Below, one piece after another: positions 12,227 through 25,721 of a stretch of 64,000 nt of DNA. Below the pieces are notes generated by a model. The model made no database searches. It was not told where the DNA came from and was given only the letters and a program-made list of their open reading frames with translations. A program made the position numbers and the translations under genes. This DNA comes from Utricularia gibba (taxonomy: Eukaryota; Plantae; Magnoliophyta): positions 1,178,001-1,242,000 of the forward strand of contig NEEC01000010.1 of the NCBI GenBank assembly GCA_002189035.1, in the 5' to 3' direction. The number at the start of each line of letters is the position of its first letter. The first letter of the stretch is position 1.

Positions 12227-14640
12227 ATGGCGGCTCCGAGCTGCCACCGCCGCCATTGCGGCCTTTCTTCGCGTTCTTCCTGTTCTTCTTCGCCCTCCGC
12301 TTCTCAGTGTTGCAAACTCTACCGCGGAGTTTCACCGAAGACACCGCAAACTTCTGTCAGAGTCGCCGTCTCCTTGCGCGCCTTCAAAATCCAACTCATA
12401 AAGAAAACTTCCAATCTCTCAATATCTGCACTTTTGAGTTCCGAGTCTGAACCAGACTCCAACGAGAAACGACTAGCCGAAGCGAGAGAAGCTGTGAGGG
12501 ACTATTTGGAATACGTTGGAACTCCCGCCGAGGAAGCGAGTCTTATTTCGTCCAAATGCCCTAACTACTTGAACATGCTCATTGATGCCGTGGATGACAT
12601 AGAACATTGGAACTCCTTAACCGCCGCAGCCGATGCAGATGTTGCGGGGGATGAAACTGAATTCAGAATGAAGGTTTATCAGATGGCGGAGCGGAAAGGG
12701 GATAATGGTCTTCTTCCCTTTTTGGAGAGCTTTGGTCTAACTCTCGCCTCTGCTACCCATTTGGCACGATATATTTCTTCTTCAGGCTCCTGTTCATTGC
12801 CAACACTCATTCACAAGGTGCATGACTGTAGTGTAGCTTTTTCCATCTTTGTAGTCTTTAGAGTAGTGTAGTGATGCTTGCCTGTATTTTTGGTCTTCAC
12901 ATTTCCATTAGGTTAATTATTTGAAGGGGGCACTGTATTCTGGCAGTGATCATTCTGAAGTTCTTGTGAGCAATGCCCGAAGAATGATGGCCCATCTCTC
13001 TATTTCCGCTGATGAAGATGTGCAACTTACATTAGCCTTTCTGGAGAAGGTTAGGAAACTGAAATAAGAGTTGATTGAATGGTATATTCTGCAGTTGTAT
13101 CCTAGTGAAGGAGCAAAATGCTTTGCAAAGGTACAGCTTAGCATTCCTTTATCTCTTGTTAAACTGCTGTTATTCATATTTGTGGTGCAGATTCAAGCAA
13201 GAAGAGGAGGTCTGGATAATTTGGGCGCTGAGGCTACTTCCTTCCGCTGCCTTATTGAATCTTTTCCCCGGCTTCTAATCTTCTCTCTGGAATCACGAAT
13301 GAACCCAATACTAAAGCTTTTGGGAGACATGAGTGTCCCTGAGGAATATATAAGGAACATATTCCTGTTGTTCCCACCCATTCTTTTCTATGACGTTGAG
13401 AAGGTCATTAAGCCGAGATTGAGATTGTTTCATAAGGTAGTCAGAAATTCTAAAACATCATTTTTTTCGAATAGTTGCATTTCATTCTGCTTTTTTTTAT
13501 ATGTAACAGATTGGTGCATTGGATACTGAGCTTGGAAAAATGCTCGTGAAGTACCCTTGGATTCTTTCCGCAGGAATCCTGGAGAATTTTGAGAAAGTTA
13601 TCAACTTTCTTGACAGTGAGGAGGTAATATTTTGGTACTGCAAAAGTTTATGATGCTTGGTACCTGAACTTCGTTTTTGAACTTGAATGAGAACATTGCA
13701 AATGACAAGAAATGATCTTCCCTGCCTGTATCAAATCTGGCTCTGCAGTTCTCTACTAGGCAAAATATCTAAAGCATTCTTTCTAGGTTCCAAGGGTAAA
13801 CTCTTCCCGTGCAATAATGAACTGGCCACATATTTTGGGCTGTTCTACTACCAAGTTGAAAGTGATGGTTGAACACTTGAGTGAAATGGGTATCGAACCT
13901 CAGAACATAGGCCGGGTTATCGCCAAGAGCCCTCAATTGCTCCTTCGAAAGCCTCAGGATCTCACTCAGGTCTTGGTTCATTCCTTCCCCATTATGTTCC
14001 TGCTTTTCTTTCTCTGCTTCTATTGATCCCTTATTGTCTACTAGATGGTAGCATTCTTCAAGGATCAGGAGATGGACACCGACACGGTCGCACGCACGCT
14101 TGTCCGTTGTCCAGAAATATTTGCTACAAACAGAGAACAAACTTTACAAAAGAAGTTGTCATTCCTTTATGATATTGGGATATCCAAGACTCACCTCCCA
14201 AGAATTGTTCGAAAATACCCAGAACTCTTCGTTTGCGACATTGAAAGAGCACTCCTCCCCAGGTAACTAAACCACTCCGTTGCTTACCGTGCCGCTCATG
14301 TTCTCATCTCCCAATTTTCGACAGGATCGATTACTTGAAGAAGAGCGGCCTGTCGAAAAGAGACGTCGTGTCCATGGTGCATCGCTTCTCGCCTCTGCTT
14401 GGCTACAGCATCGATCAAGTGTTGAGACCCAAGATGGAGTTCCTTGTGAAGACAATGCAGAAGCCTGCAAGCGATGTTGTTGGGTATCCAAGGTACTTCA
14501 GTTACTCCTTGGAGAAGAAGATTAAGCCCAGATTTTTGGTCCTCAAAGCTAGAAATATTGAGGTTTCTCTGAAGGAGATGCTGGGGAAGAACGATGAGGA
14601 GTTCACCGCCGATTATTTGGAACAAGTGAGCGCCAAATGA
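12227..14640 (+). CDS. mTERF8: Chloroplast mTERF protein (mTERF8/PTAC15-like), 7 exons
   Basis: Transit-peptide-like N-terminus; ARRMMAHLSISADEDVQLTLAFLEKIQARRGGL; repeated P-x-L-L mTERF motifs; YPRYFSYSLEKKIKPRFLVLKARNIEVSLKEMLGKNDEEF. Confidence 0.88.
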
Positions 14641-14809
14641 TTTACATCAGATGATGATTGTACTCGAAAATTGATAAATATTAGGATAAAAATAGATTTA
14701 ATTTACTTAGCTTTAGATAAAGATAATATAATGATATTATCTTTTTTATGTAATATTAATTAATAGGTAAAACCTGTGTCTTCACACCCGCAACGGACGA
14801 TTGAAATCG

Positions 14810-15476
14810 GAGTAAATAAGGGGAATACATGTACTTTTAGCAAATAGTTTGCAAAATACCTGATGTTTTGCAAACTATTTGTAAAATACATGATGTTTTA
14901 CAAAAGACAAATAAAGTAGTTTTATAAATTAGTATTACTATTTTTAATGATATTTCGTATATGAATATTAATTTTTATCTTTATATATAATAGATAAAAA
15001 TTGTTTATTTTGATGATTATTATAATATAATAGTTTATAATTTATTAAATTGTAAAGAAACAAGATATTATTTTATTGTAAAGGTTTATTTGTAATATTA
15101 TAATTTTTGAGATATATATATTTTGCAAATCAAAGTATTTTTATACATTAATATTTTTAATAAAATTTGAAAATATTTTCAATCAATTGATGATAATTGA
15201 ATATTGATCTATTAGAAAATGAATAATACTTTTAGATTAATAATTATTTACAATTAATTTATTTTTAATATTCTTCTATATTTCAAATCACTCATTTTTA
15301 ATATTTTATGTAATATTAAAATAAAAATTACATATATTTTCATATAGTATAATTATATAAAAAAATCATTATGCATTTAAAATTTGGAATTTACATGTAT
15401 TTTGCAAATAGTTTGCAAAACATCAGGTAGTTTCCAAATGGATTTCTCCAAATACATGGAGAAACCCACCGGACCC
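14810..15476. mobile_element. Non-autonomous Mutator-like MITE (667 bp) with 10-bp TSD
   Basis: ATTGAAATCG is duplicated at 14800-14809 and 15477-15486. The inverted repeat core tacctgatgttttgcaaactatttg(t/c)aaaatacatg lies at matching offsets from both ends. Both termini start with G (GAG.../GGG...). Confidence 0.8.
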
Positions 15477-16124
15477 ATTGAAATCGTGTCAGTGATTTTT
15501 AGCAAGTACTTGTAGGTTAATTGAATAAGGAATTTTTTGTTTTGTGAGATATAATATTTAAATAATATCATTATTATGTTTCACTTTTGTTTAAAGTTAT
15601 TATCTTCTTTTGATCCATCAAAATCAGATTTGACTGCGTAATCGAATTTTCAATCGAACCGGTTCCATGCCGATTCGGTTTGTAACACTCGGTTTGAAAA
15701 TATAGGATAAAACATTCCAAGATGAATATAAATTTAAATAAATTTAGTTAAATCAAAAAATAAATATAACACATGTTATAATTATCATGTCAAAACCTTT
15801 TAATTTCATCACTGAAAAACAACTAGAAAATGAGAAAAAAATTTTAAATATTATCATTTTTCTTTGTACCGGATCGAAAAAAAGTGACTGTCCAAAAATA
15901 GTCACAACAGCATCGATAAAATGGAAGTATGAAAATCATGAAATTTCTTGAAATACAAAAAATAATTAGAAAATTGATTAAGTAGGTATTTTTAATCTTT
16001 ACTGAAAATGATATATTTTTATTGCTTGAATTTGTAATCTTGATACTTGTTTATTTCAGGAAACGGTTGATGATCCATCCAGTTCTGACTCCGTACAACA
16101 ACCTTGCAAAGTAGGTGTGCTTAC

Positions 16125-18768
16125 TCACAGACTCGAGCGGGCAACCTGAACATGAACCTGATGCCATGAGGTGTTGAGAATCCCTCTCAAATTCCAGATC
16201 TCGCCAACATTTTCTGGTTGGACGTTGGCGCCTTCATCCACCTGGGTAGATCACAGAAGCTGTGTCAAGTTCAAAATGACACCAAAACTGAGTATTGCAG
16301 CTGCTACGGCGACATACAGCTTTGGCAACTATGGTGGTGTCACTCGATATTGTGGCTTCAGCCTCGAAAAGAACCCACGCCCATTTATCACTGCTTTCAG
16401 CACCAGCAATGTAAGGAACCCCTGGTTTCTGATACCTGGAGGCTTCTACCCAAGTTTTGCCACCGTTGATGGATACATCTACTCGTTCTATGCCTCGACC
16501 GCCTCCCGATAGTGCGTAACCCTTGATTTTCATCTGTATGTATCAGAAAACCATTACTACTAATCAGAAAAAAAGTATGAAATTGTTCTACTGCAGGGCA
16601 GTCTGCGCAATAGCAGGAGCACTTACCATTCCTGGCCTTACCATGGTTACATCTTCCAAGGAGCATATTGCACTCTGCAGTTGGCAGGCAGGTGAAAGTA
16701 ACAATATGTGTGAAAAACACATAAAAAGCGGAATGAAGGCTGTTTCATCAGATTCAATTGGCCTAAAGGTGGTAATGTCAATTGTAGCAGGTTACTTAGA
16801 CTCGCTACCATGTATGGATATGGATATGGTTCCTTTTTATGCAAAAGAATTTACAGAGAGCAATTATGGGAAAACCTGGACAGGGAAATCCATTTGAGGG
16901 CGTCTTGTAGACCAATCGATATTATCCCAATCAACTGAGGGTGGGAACATTTTATAGTCCCTTTGCATAAAAAATCCCTTTCACATTGCACACAAACTCC
17001 ATAAACCATATTGAGTGACTAATCTGGGTCAGTGGCAAAGACGTTTCTACCTGAGATTCTTCGGCAATGATGTTGATTTGGTCAAGCCATTTGACGGATC
17101 GAGCGCCGATGACACCAGGGACAATAACACGCAAGGGATATCCATGGTCCCGGTTAAGAGTCTTTCCAACGCAGGTGTAGAAGGATGAAAAGCAAGCACC
17201 ACATTAACATATCATAATATCAATGTCAATCTCATGAAAATGAGGAATTGGATAGAGTACCTCTCCGTTCATCTCATAAGCAAGTAGAACATCAGCCTCG
17301 GGAAGTGTGGCTTGCCTTAAGGGAATTGATGCCTTATATGGCCCACCGTTCTCTTCCTGTTATTGTTAAGTGCAATAATGTAATGCGTATCTCATATAAA
17401 AAACTGACAATGTGCAACTAGCAGAATTTCTAATGACTGACCTTGCACTTGTCAACACTCACAAATTCCACATGTCGCCCTCCACTGGGTGTTACATGAG
17501 AGCACACTGGAACTCCCACAAGTTCAAGAACATCTGCCAATTTGGCCCCAGCCCAAATTGCTGCACCAGCATTTAGAAAAACACTTGAATCTCTCATGTC
17601 TTCATCGTAATAACATGCATGGCTTCGACTCAGAAGTAAAAGAATAATCAGGGGGTACAAAAAGTTTCTAAATTCACCATTGCCTACGGCAGCCACATCC
17701 CATCCAACACCCTTCACAGTTTTAATTTTGCTCATAGCAGTCCTCCTATTGCCTGCGCACTTCCAGTATTAACAACAGGTCAGAGAAAAAAAAATGACAA
17801 GAGGAATAATATGGCGGTTGCGTTACTCATCAGTGTAGATAAGTTAATTCTAGAAAATTTTAAATCAAACACAGCGTTCTCTGTCTCGGCATTGATAACT
17901 ACTTTCTAATACCAAAAGATATCCACGACAAGTTAGTCCTTGCATCAGCCGATAAATACAGACAACACATACTCCTAAAGCAATGTGATAGCAATGAAAA
18001 GGCTATACCTGTAGCGTGCAAGTGACACTATGCTTTGGGAGCTTCCTGCCATGAGACACGCAGGCATAAATGGTGAAAAACAATAGAAAAAGAGTCAGAG
18101 ATGTGATAAAGTTACCAGATATCCTTCATGGTGACCTCTTTAGGACCATCAGTTAGGCCATTGATAGTGACACTATACCTGATCAGCCAAATAAACTGCA
18201 CAGTCATCATCAACAGTTCCCAAGAAAATATTGACAAGGGACTATGATGCTGGACCTCCCAATATCATGGACAAGTGGAATTGGCCCGTGGTTCCTCTTA
18301 TAGAAGAAGTCCGCAGGAGTTATGTACGCTGAAACCAAATCAAGGCGCTGTGGCTCCGCATTAAAAGGCTCCTGAAACAATTATTTTCAGCGAATTATTC
18401 TCCAATCCCTTTAAAACAGTAAATAAGGCAGATCATATGAACTACAGCTTGCAGAATTGAATTTAAAAAAGGCGAAATTCCCCCAAGATCCAAAACTCAG
18501 ATTAACCCGCCTCCACAAAAAAATGACCAGCAAGGAAGAACAGACACTGAGAAGCAACAACATGCAGTGACACATCCACTTTGTAATTTCAATTTCACCA
18601 AAAAATGCTCCCATCTGCCCTTCACGTCATTGAAATGATAATCCAACAAGCAACGGCACACGCACTAGAAAGAACATGCGATAATAAACGAACCCGTGAA
18701 TTGATACGGAGAGAAGGGTGGCGATGAGGCTCTTCCTTGTAATCAGCCGGCGCTCTAAGCCCTGGCAT
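16125..18768 (-). CDS. SO: Peroxisomal sulfite oxidase (Moco enzyme)
   Basis: [41 protein letters not shown] (Mo-ligand Cys), [38 protein letters not shown], ending in the PTS1-like -SSL*. Confidence 0.96.
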
Positions 18769-20729
18769 ATTGTTCCCCGGCGCTTGGATCGCGAAGGTCA
18801 CCTTATCCGCCGCTGGGTAATTGGAAAAGTGGCCGTCTTTAATGCCTCACATTCACCATTTTTGTAATGTCGCACATTGACCTTCTTTGTAATCACCATA
18901 AAAGAAATGTTTTCGTATTTATATATTTTTTGTAAAAAATAATTATAAAAAAAAAGCGCTATTTGCACCAGTGGGCGGTGCTTGTGGTGCTGAGCAACAC
19001 CTGTCTAGTGTATGAGTGTTTACGTGCAACAGTAGCGTCCAGACAATTTTTTTATATTATTTTTTATTCAAACATATAAATACGAAAACATTTTTAGTAA
19101 TATTATATATATAATAAACAACAATATAACAATATTTTTATTTATGGTTATTAAAAACATGAAGAAATATAACTTTTAATACTTTTTAAATATATTTAGT
19201 TACCTATAAATAGGTTTATTAGTCTAATAAAGATTAACAAAAAGTCATAATACCTCTCACTTAATAGGTTTGAGATTGCGTAGATGTTTAAGAAATCTCA
19301 TTTAATAAACACGAAACCTATAAAAACATAATTGGCAAGAAAAAATCATAGTTTCTCTACTAAATGATAGGGTATAAATACAGCGTTTAAATTAAACAAG
19401 AAATGAGTTATACAAAAACAAAATAAAGACTTAATAATTTAATTCATCGGTTTTAACTATAAAATCATTTTATAATAAAAAGGATTATTTCCAATCACCT
19501 TAAAGTTTGTTTAGATTGAAGTCGATTTCAAATAAGGTTACTGTTCAAACGAAGTTGTATAAACACCGCAATCATGAATATATGGTAATCCTAAAATTAC
19601 AAATTGGTAACTATGAATTTATATAAAAATTTTCTTGAAACACATCATTTTTTGAATTAATTTATTAAAATAATTTTACAAAATAGAATTCAAAAATGTT
19701 TATTTCAAGAAATTTTTTATATAAATGGCATGAATGGGGTGTTTGTATGGTTTCATTTGAATAATAACCATTTTAAGAATATGACATTTAAAAAATTACC
19801 TATTTTCATCATTTCATGAATAATAAACATATTTTAATAAATAAATAATATAAAAATTGTTTAGGCGTTGTCCAAGGGTGGTCGGGGCCTGAGGGAGGAG
19901 CGTGTAACCTTTTCTCTTTTTTTGTAATTATTTTTTAAAAAAGAATATATAAATATAGGAAATTTTTTATGGGACGCTTACTTTTTTTATACATTATACA
20001 CGGTGTTCATTTTTGTAATGCACAACGTGGGAGGGAAGGTCAATGGCATAAACAAAATTCATCCCTAAAGCACCACGTGTTGTATTAGAGTCGGTTCCCA
20101 AAAGTGAATAACTGTAGTAAATATAGTTATTAATTATAATAAAAAAACCAGAAAAAGGAAGGCCACACAAACGCAAGATGCGTGACATGTTACGTACCCG
20201 AAAGAGAGCAGTAGTCCATGTGACGCCTTCCGTGACAGCTGCGGTACGCGGCCACACAATTAATTAATGTAGCAGGTGTTTGTTTATTACTTTGTAAAAT
20301 TGTAATGAACACAAACCGACCTATAATTTAAATGGTATGATGCCTTTGTAGTACCAACTAGAATAATTATCACGCTTTTTTTAGAATAATTTAAATAATA
20401 AAACAGTTTTATTAAAAATGGGGATGGATGGGAGTTGAAACAAGTAGCCTCTTCATGTGTCATTCCATTTGTGTAAGGATGGTCATGGGTGGGACGTCGT
20501 TGCATTCGGGCAACTGTGAGTCGACTTATTTTTTAAACGGGGTTTAACGGATTGAGTGTTGAAAAATAGGGGCAAGGATACATTATAATAATTAGATATT
20601 GTCAAAGAATTAATTTGTGGAGGATTTGTTTCGTGCAGTCGGCTTCTCCCTCTTCAACTTCTTTCTTTATATATTTAGCTCTCCAGACTTGCTCGACACA
20701 GGAAGCTGCAGCAGAAGAGGAGGAGGAAA

Positions 20730-23452
20730 ATGGGATCGGAGCACCGCCCTGACGGAGTCCCCGCCGCCGTCAAAGTCCCCGACATCAAGTTCACCGACCT
20801 CTTCATCAACGGAGCCTTCCGCCCCGCCCTTTCAGGTTCCCTCTTCACCCCCTCCCCCCACCCCCATCCTTTTTCAATCATCCATCATTCCTGCTTTCCC
20901 CAAGCTCACAAAGCTGCTGCTATGAAAAAAAAAGGAAATAACCGCGGGATTGTGCTTATCTCGGTAGTCCACGTGTCTCAATCTTGGAGATACACGTTGC
21001 TCTCCAGAAGCATTTAAGATTTTTTTTTTTTTTTGCAACGGTTGACTCCCCAACCACCTTCCTACTAAATGAAGCACGACGCAGAGAGGCACCCACATGC
21101 ATCCGAGTTTTTGGAACGAAAAAAGAGTATATTAAATTAAACGGTTTTTTAGGGAAAACTTTCGAGACGGTGGACCCCAGAACTGGGGGAGTGATCGCCT
21201 GCATCGCGGAAGGAGACAAGGAAGACGTCGACGTGGCTGTAAGGGCTGCGCGTGATGCCTTTGACACCGGCCCCTGGCCCCGCTTCCCAGCCTGTGTATG
21301 TTACTTTTTCTTTTCTTTATCGTAAATAAGTTTTTTATTTACAGATTTTTAGGAAATAGATAGAGTTTGGGGTAGAAATGCAATTCTACATTTATTAGAT
21401 CCTCAATTGCAAAAATAGTTAGAAAGTTGAGGGCTTCTAAGTAATTAAAGAAAAGTGTCGGTAGGCAGCGACAGGTAGTTATGGGTCATTATTAATTGTG
21501 GGAACTCAAAAGTCAACGTCGACAAAATTAATACTCAATGTGCTAGTTGAATTTTTTTTATTGTGTTAATTAAATGAAAAAATCGGTTTGGATTTTGGAT
21601 GCGGATCCAATTTGGGTCGTGATGGGTTGACCGAACACATGCAGGAAAGGCAAAAGAGACTGCTGAAATTCGCGGACCTTATCGATGAGCACGTCGAGGA
21701 ATTGGCGTTTCTGGATACGATTGACGCCGGAAAATTGTACCATGTCGTCAAGGAAGCCGACATTCCCGGTGCAGCGCAGGTTATACGCTACTTTGCAGGC
21801 GCGGCTGACAAGATTCATGGCACCACCGTGAAGATGGCCCGTGAAATGCACGGCTACACTCTGCGGGAGCCAATTGGAGTCGTCGGTGTCATTATTCCAT
21901 GGAATTTCCCCACTCAAATGTTTGTTATGAAGGTCGGTGCAGCCCTCGCCGCCGGATGCACCGTTGTTGTTAAGCCGGCGGAGCAGACTCCACTCTCTGC
22001 GCTCTACTACGCCCATTTGGGGAAATTGGTAAGTTTCTGTTTTTATTTTCAAGTTTCAGTCTTGAAATTGAATTGGCGTTTCTGGAGATTGATTGTTAAA
22101 TTGATGGAATTAGAGCGATTTATTCCCTAGGTATTGTTATGATGTTCAATGATGATTTTCTTCTAGGCGGGTATCCCCGACGGAGTGCTCAACGTCGTCA
22201 CCGGATACGGCCACACCGCTGGTCACGCCCTTGCTGCACACATGGATGTCGACAAGGTTTTCTCTTGAGTGCATACCCTGAGCTTACTACTCGATTGTTT
22301 GCCGCCTCCTTGCACACTTTTTTGTGGTTGGTTGGATGTCATATACGTATGAAATCTGCAGGTTGCATTCACAGGTTCTACCCAAGTTGGAAAACTGGTG
22401 ATGGAGGCAGCAGCCAAGAGTAACTTGAAGGCTGTTTCTTTAGAACTGGGGGGAAAATCACCATTCATTGTATTCGATGATGTTGATGTCGGCACGTTCG
22501 CTCATCTCGCCCTCGTTGCAAATCTGTATAACAAGGTAGAGCTCAGTCTTCTTCTCCTCTAAACATATTTCTCAATTTTTTTACCAACTAAGATCAGCAC
22601 CCGATCATCAGGGTGAAATCTGCGTGGCTGGCTCCCGCGTGTTCGTTCAAGAAGGTATATACGACCAGTTTGTCGACCAACTCGCTGAGAAGGCGAAAAC
22701 GTGGGTGGTGGGTGACCCTTTTGATCCAAAAGTCACTCAGGGACCTCAAGTAAGATCATTGTCCATCCACCTCAACTACACTTGAAGATCCATCCATTTG
22801 GTTTACTTATCCATTCTTTGCCTCAACAAGATTACTAAGAAGCAGTACGAAAGAGTGCTCTGGTTCATCGAGCAAGGGAAAAAGGAAGGTGCAAAACTGT
22901 TGACCGGTGGTAAGCCTTGTGGAGGAACAGGGTACTACATTCAGCCCACCATTTTCGTGGATGTTGAAGTAAGCACTTGAAACCCTATGAACCCATCAGA
23001 ATACAGATACCATAACTGATCCCCCTGGATTGATTTCTCAGGACGACATGACGATCGCAAAGGAAGAAATCTTCGGCCCCGTGATGTCCGTATTGAAGTT
23101 CAAGTAAGCCCACAAACAAGATCCTCTCTCTTTTCAACGCCCATGTAATCAAAATGTCGTTTCTACCTCACAATGCAGGACGGTGGAGGAGGTGATCAAG
23201 AGAGCCAACGCCACAAAATATGGACTAGCTGCGGGAGTTATGACCAACAACTTGAACATCGCCAACACCGTATCCCGGTCGATCAAAGCCGGCACAGTGT
23301 GGATCAACTCCTACTTCGCGTTCGACAATGAGCTTCCCTTCGGAGGGTTCAAGATGAGCGGCTTTGGGAAGGACATGGGGTTGGAGGGCCTCCATGGCTA
23401 TCTCCAAACCAAATCTGTGGCCATTCCGATCCATAACTCCCCATGGCTCTAA
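20730..23452 (+). CDS. ALDH2C4: Cytosolic family 2C aldehyde dehydrogenase (REF1-like), 9 exons
   Basis: No mitochondrial presequence; [31 protein letters not shown] (catalytic Glu), GEICVAGSR (catalytic Cys), EEIFGPV, ending PIHNSPWL*. Intact. Confidence 0.93.
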
Positions 23453-24123
23453 CCTACAACCCGCTGCCAACACACCTTCGCATAGCTGGAATAAAAACAA
23501 CCCTCGACTGGTTTCAACTCCTCCTCCTCCTATGGACGTAGTGAATTTAGTTTCCACTTAGCATAGTGATCCTTGATAGAGTGAATACTATGTTTCAAAA
23601 TATGGCTAATTCATCACTAGTGGGAAAAAATTGCAATTAATAATATAAATGCAGTGTTTTAAAATTAAATTAAGCAAATTTTTATGATGATTAAAATTAA
23701 AACAATATTCTGGAAAATATTTGAAATCTATTTTTATTTTTTAAAATTATTTTTAAAAAGTAGAAAAAAAATAAAAGTAAACTATTACTTATTTTTTAAA
23801 AAATAATATTTATAATACAATTTTAAAAATATTTTTTGATAGAATTATTTTATAATTGATAATGTTCTATAATAAAATTATTTGTTTTTGAAAAATAAAA
23901 ATATACTTCAAATACAACTTAAATTACTAAAAAAGATGATTAACCTCAAATTTTGAAACATTGTTAATAAATTTTTTTTCAAATTAAAAGAAAAAGAAAT
24001 TAACGCCGTACATTATACGCGAGCGAAATGTAAAACGAAGAAAGAGGAAAGGGGCTCGAGAATTTAGTTTTTTTATTGTTAAATTAGATAAATGCGGATT
24101 TACGATTTTACCCAAGGAGCAGC

Positions 24124-24191
24124 CACGTGCAATAATAAATTAGGAAAGATGAGGAGGATAGTAGTTAGAACGTAACTGTAGTGGGGCCCAC
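24124..24191. promoter_or_regulatory. G-box (CACGTG, 24124-24129) and TCP-type site (GTGGGGCCCAC, 24181-24191) in a GC-richer island
   Basis: Direct motif matches in a short island within otherwise very AT-rich DNA, about 1.5 kb upstream of DLK2. Confidence 0.4.
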
Positions 24192-25721
24192 CACAAATGT
24201 CTGTCCCATCAAACTCGACGCTCGTTGGCGTCCCATCAACTTCTACAAATCATGGATTCGTGAGATTTCGAATTAAAGTACACTTGGTGTTCATTGAACC
24301 CGTTTATGTTTTTTTTTTTAATAAAAGATTAAAATATATAGATTTTTATGTTTTCCTTTCATAAGTTTAAAATTAATTGAGATTGATAATTTTTTTTTAA
24401 AAAAAATAATAAACTATAGTTTATTTACATTTGTAGGTTCTCTTCTTTTACTTAATATCCACGTTATTTTTCTTTCTCACTCAATAAAAATTCAAAAATT
24501 TAGTAATTTGAAGGTATGTTTTTCTAATAAATAAATAAATAAATTCTAATTTTATTATATGCCAAAAATTAAAATCAAATATGTAATCCTAATTCTACTA
24601 ATTAAACATCTATCATATAAAAAAACTATCACATTTTTCTAAATTATTTAAATTAATTTTTTTATTTTCTAATCCCATCCACCAAATTTATAAATTAAAT
24701 TCTCAATTATTAGTTTTAAGCATGAATGTGACTCATTTTGAAAAATAACCGTCATTCATTTCCTCTATCACACACATAGACCAAATAGAACTAAGGATGC
24801 TAATTTTTTTAAAAAACATTATTTAGTAAATTGCATTGAATTCTATTAAAGTAACTACCAAATACTAATAATATAGTACTGAATATATTTAAGAATAATG
24901 ATTTAAAATTACAAGCAAGATGTCCTTTCATATGCTTAATTTCATCGCTGTTAAAATTCTTATTGCAAAAATTATAAAAAAATTGCATTTTTTTCCATTA
25001 ATCTTTGGCACTTTTGCATGATTTGATCTAATATCACTTGCGATATTATTTTGTGATTTATTACTTTTTATAGATACCCAAAAAAATTACTATTCAAAAA
25101 AATTTAAACAATAAACTCTACTATAGTAGTGAATAGATTTAAGAATTCATATCATTTTAATTAATAAAAATATGAAGATCTAAGTGCTTTCATCCTTTTT
25201 TTCATTTTTTGATTTAAAAAAATTGAATTTTGAATTTAAAAAAGTTTTGAGTTCAATAATCGAATCTTAAATTAATCGATGAATTATCGAAAATTGATTG
25301 ATTGGTTATAGATCTAGTTGAAAACACAGGTCCCCACTTATCATGCCTTATGTTTTGTCCCACAATAAAATAAAATTATTAAAATGATCATTTTTTTAGC
25401 ACAAAATCGACATCCCTTATTTCTACCAGGGACATCATTCTGGTTCCCCGCATGGCATCCGCGTCTGCTTCCTTCTCCGGCCTTGAAACTTACAACTGCG
25501 CTTTTGATTTCCGGAAGTAATGTCCAGGCACGTCACGTAAGCCGGAGCAGCAGCAGTCGCGTTTTGACCTAATGCTGCTGCTGACGCGCTAAACGGCAAA
25601 CGGCGTCTTTTCCGAGTAAATGCTACCGGCCCCCCACCACCATGTGAGGCCACACGTGTCCGCTCCATGTTGGTTGCCCTCGCCTTACAGCGCAGAGCAG
25701 GCCACGGCCTTGGAGGGAGGG

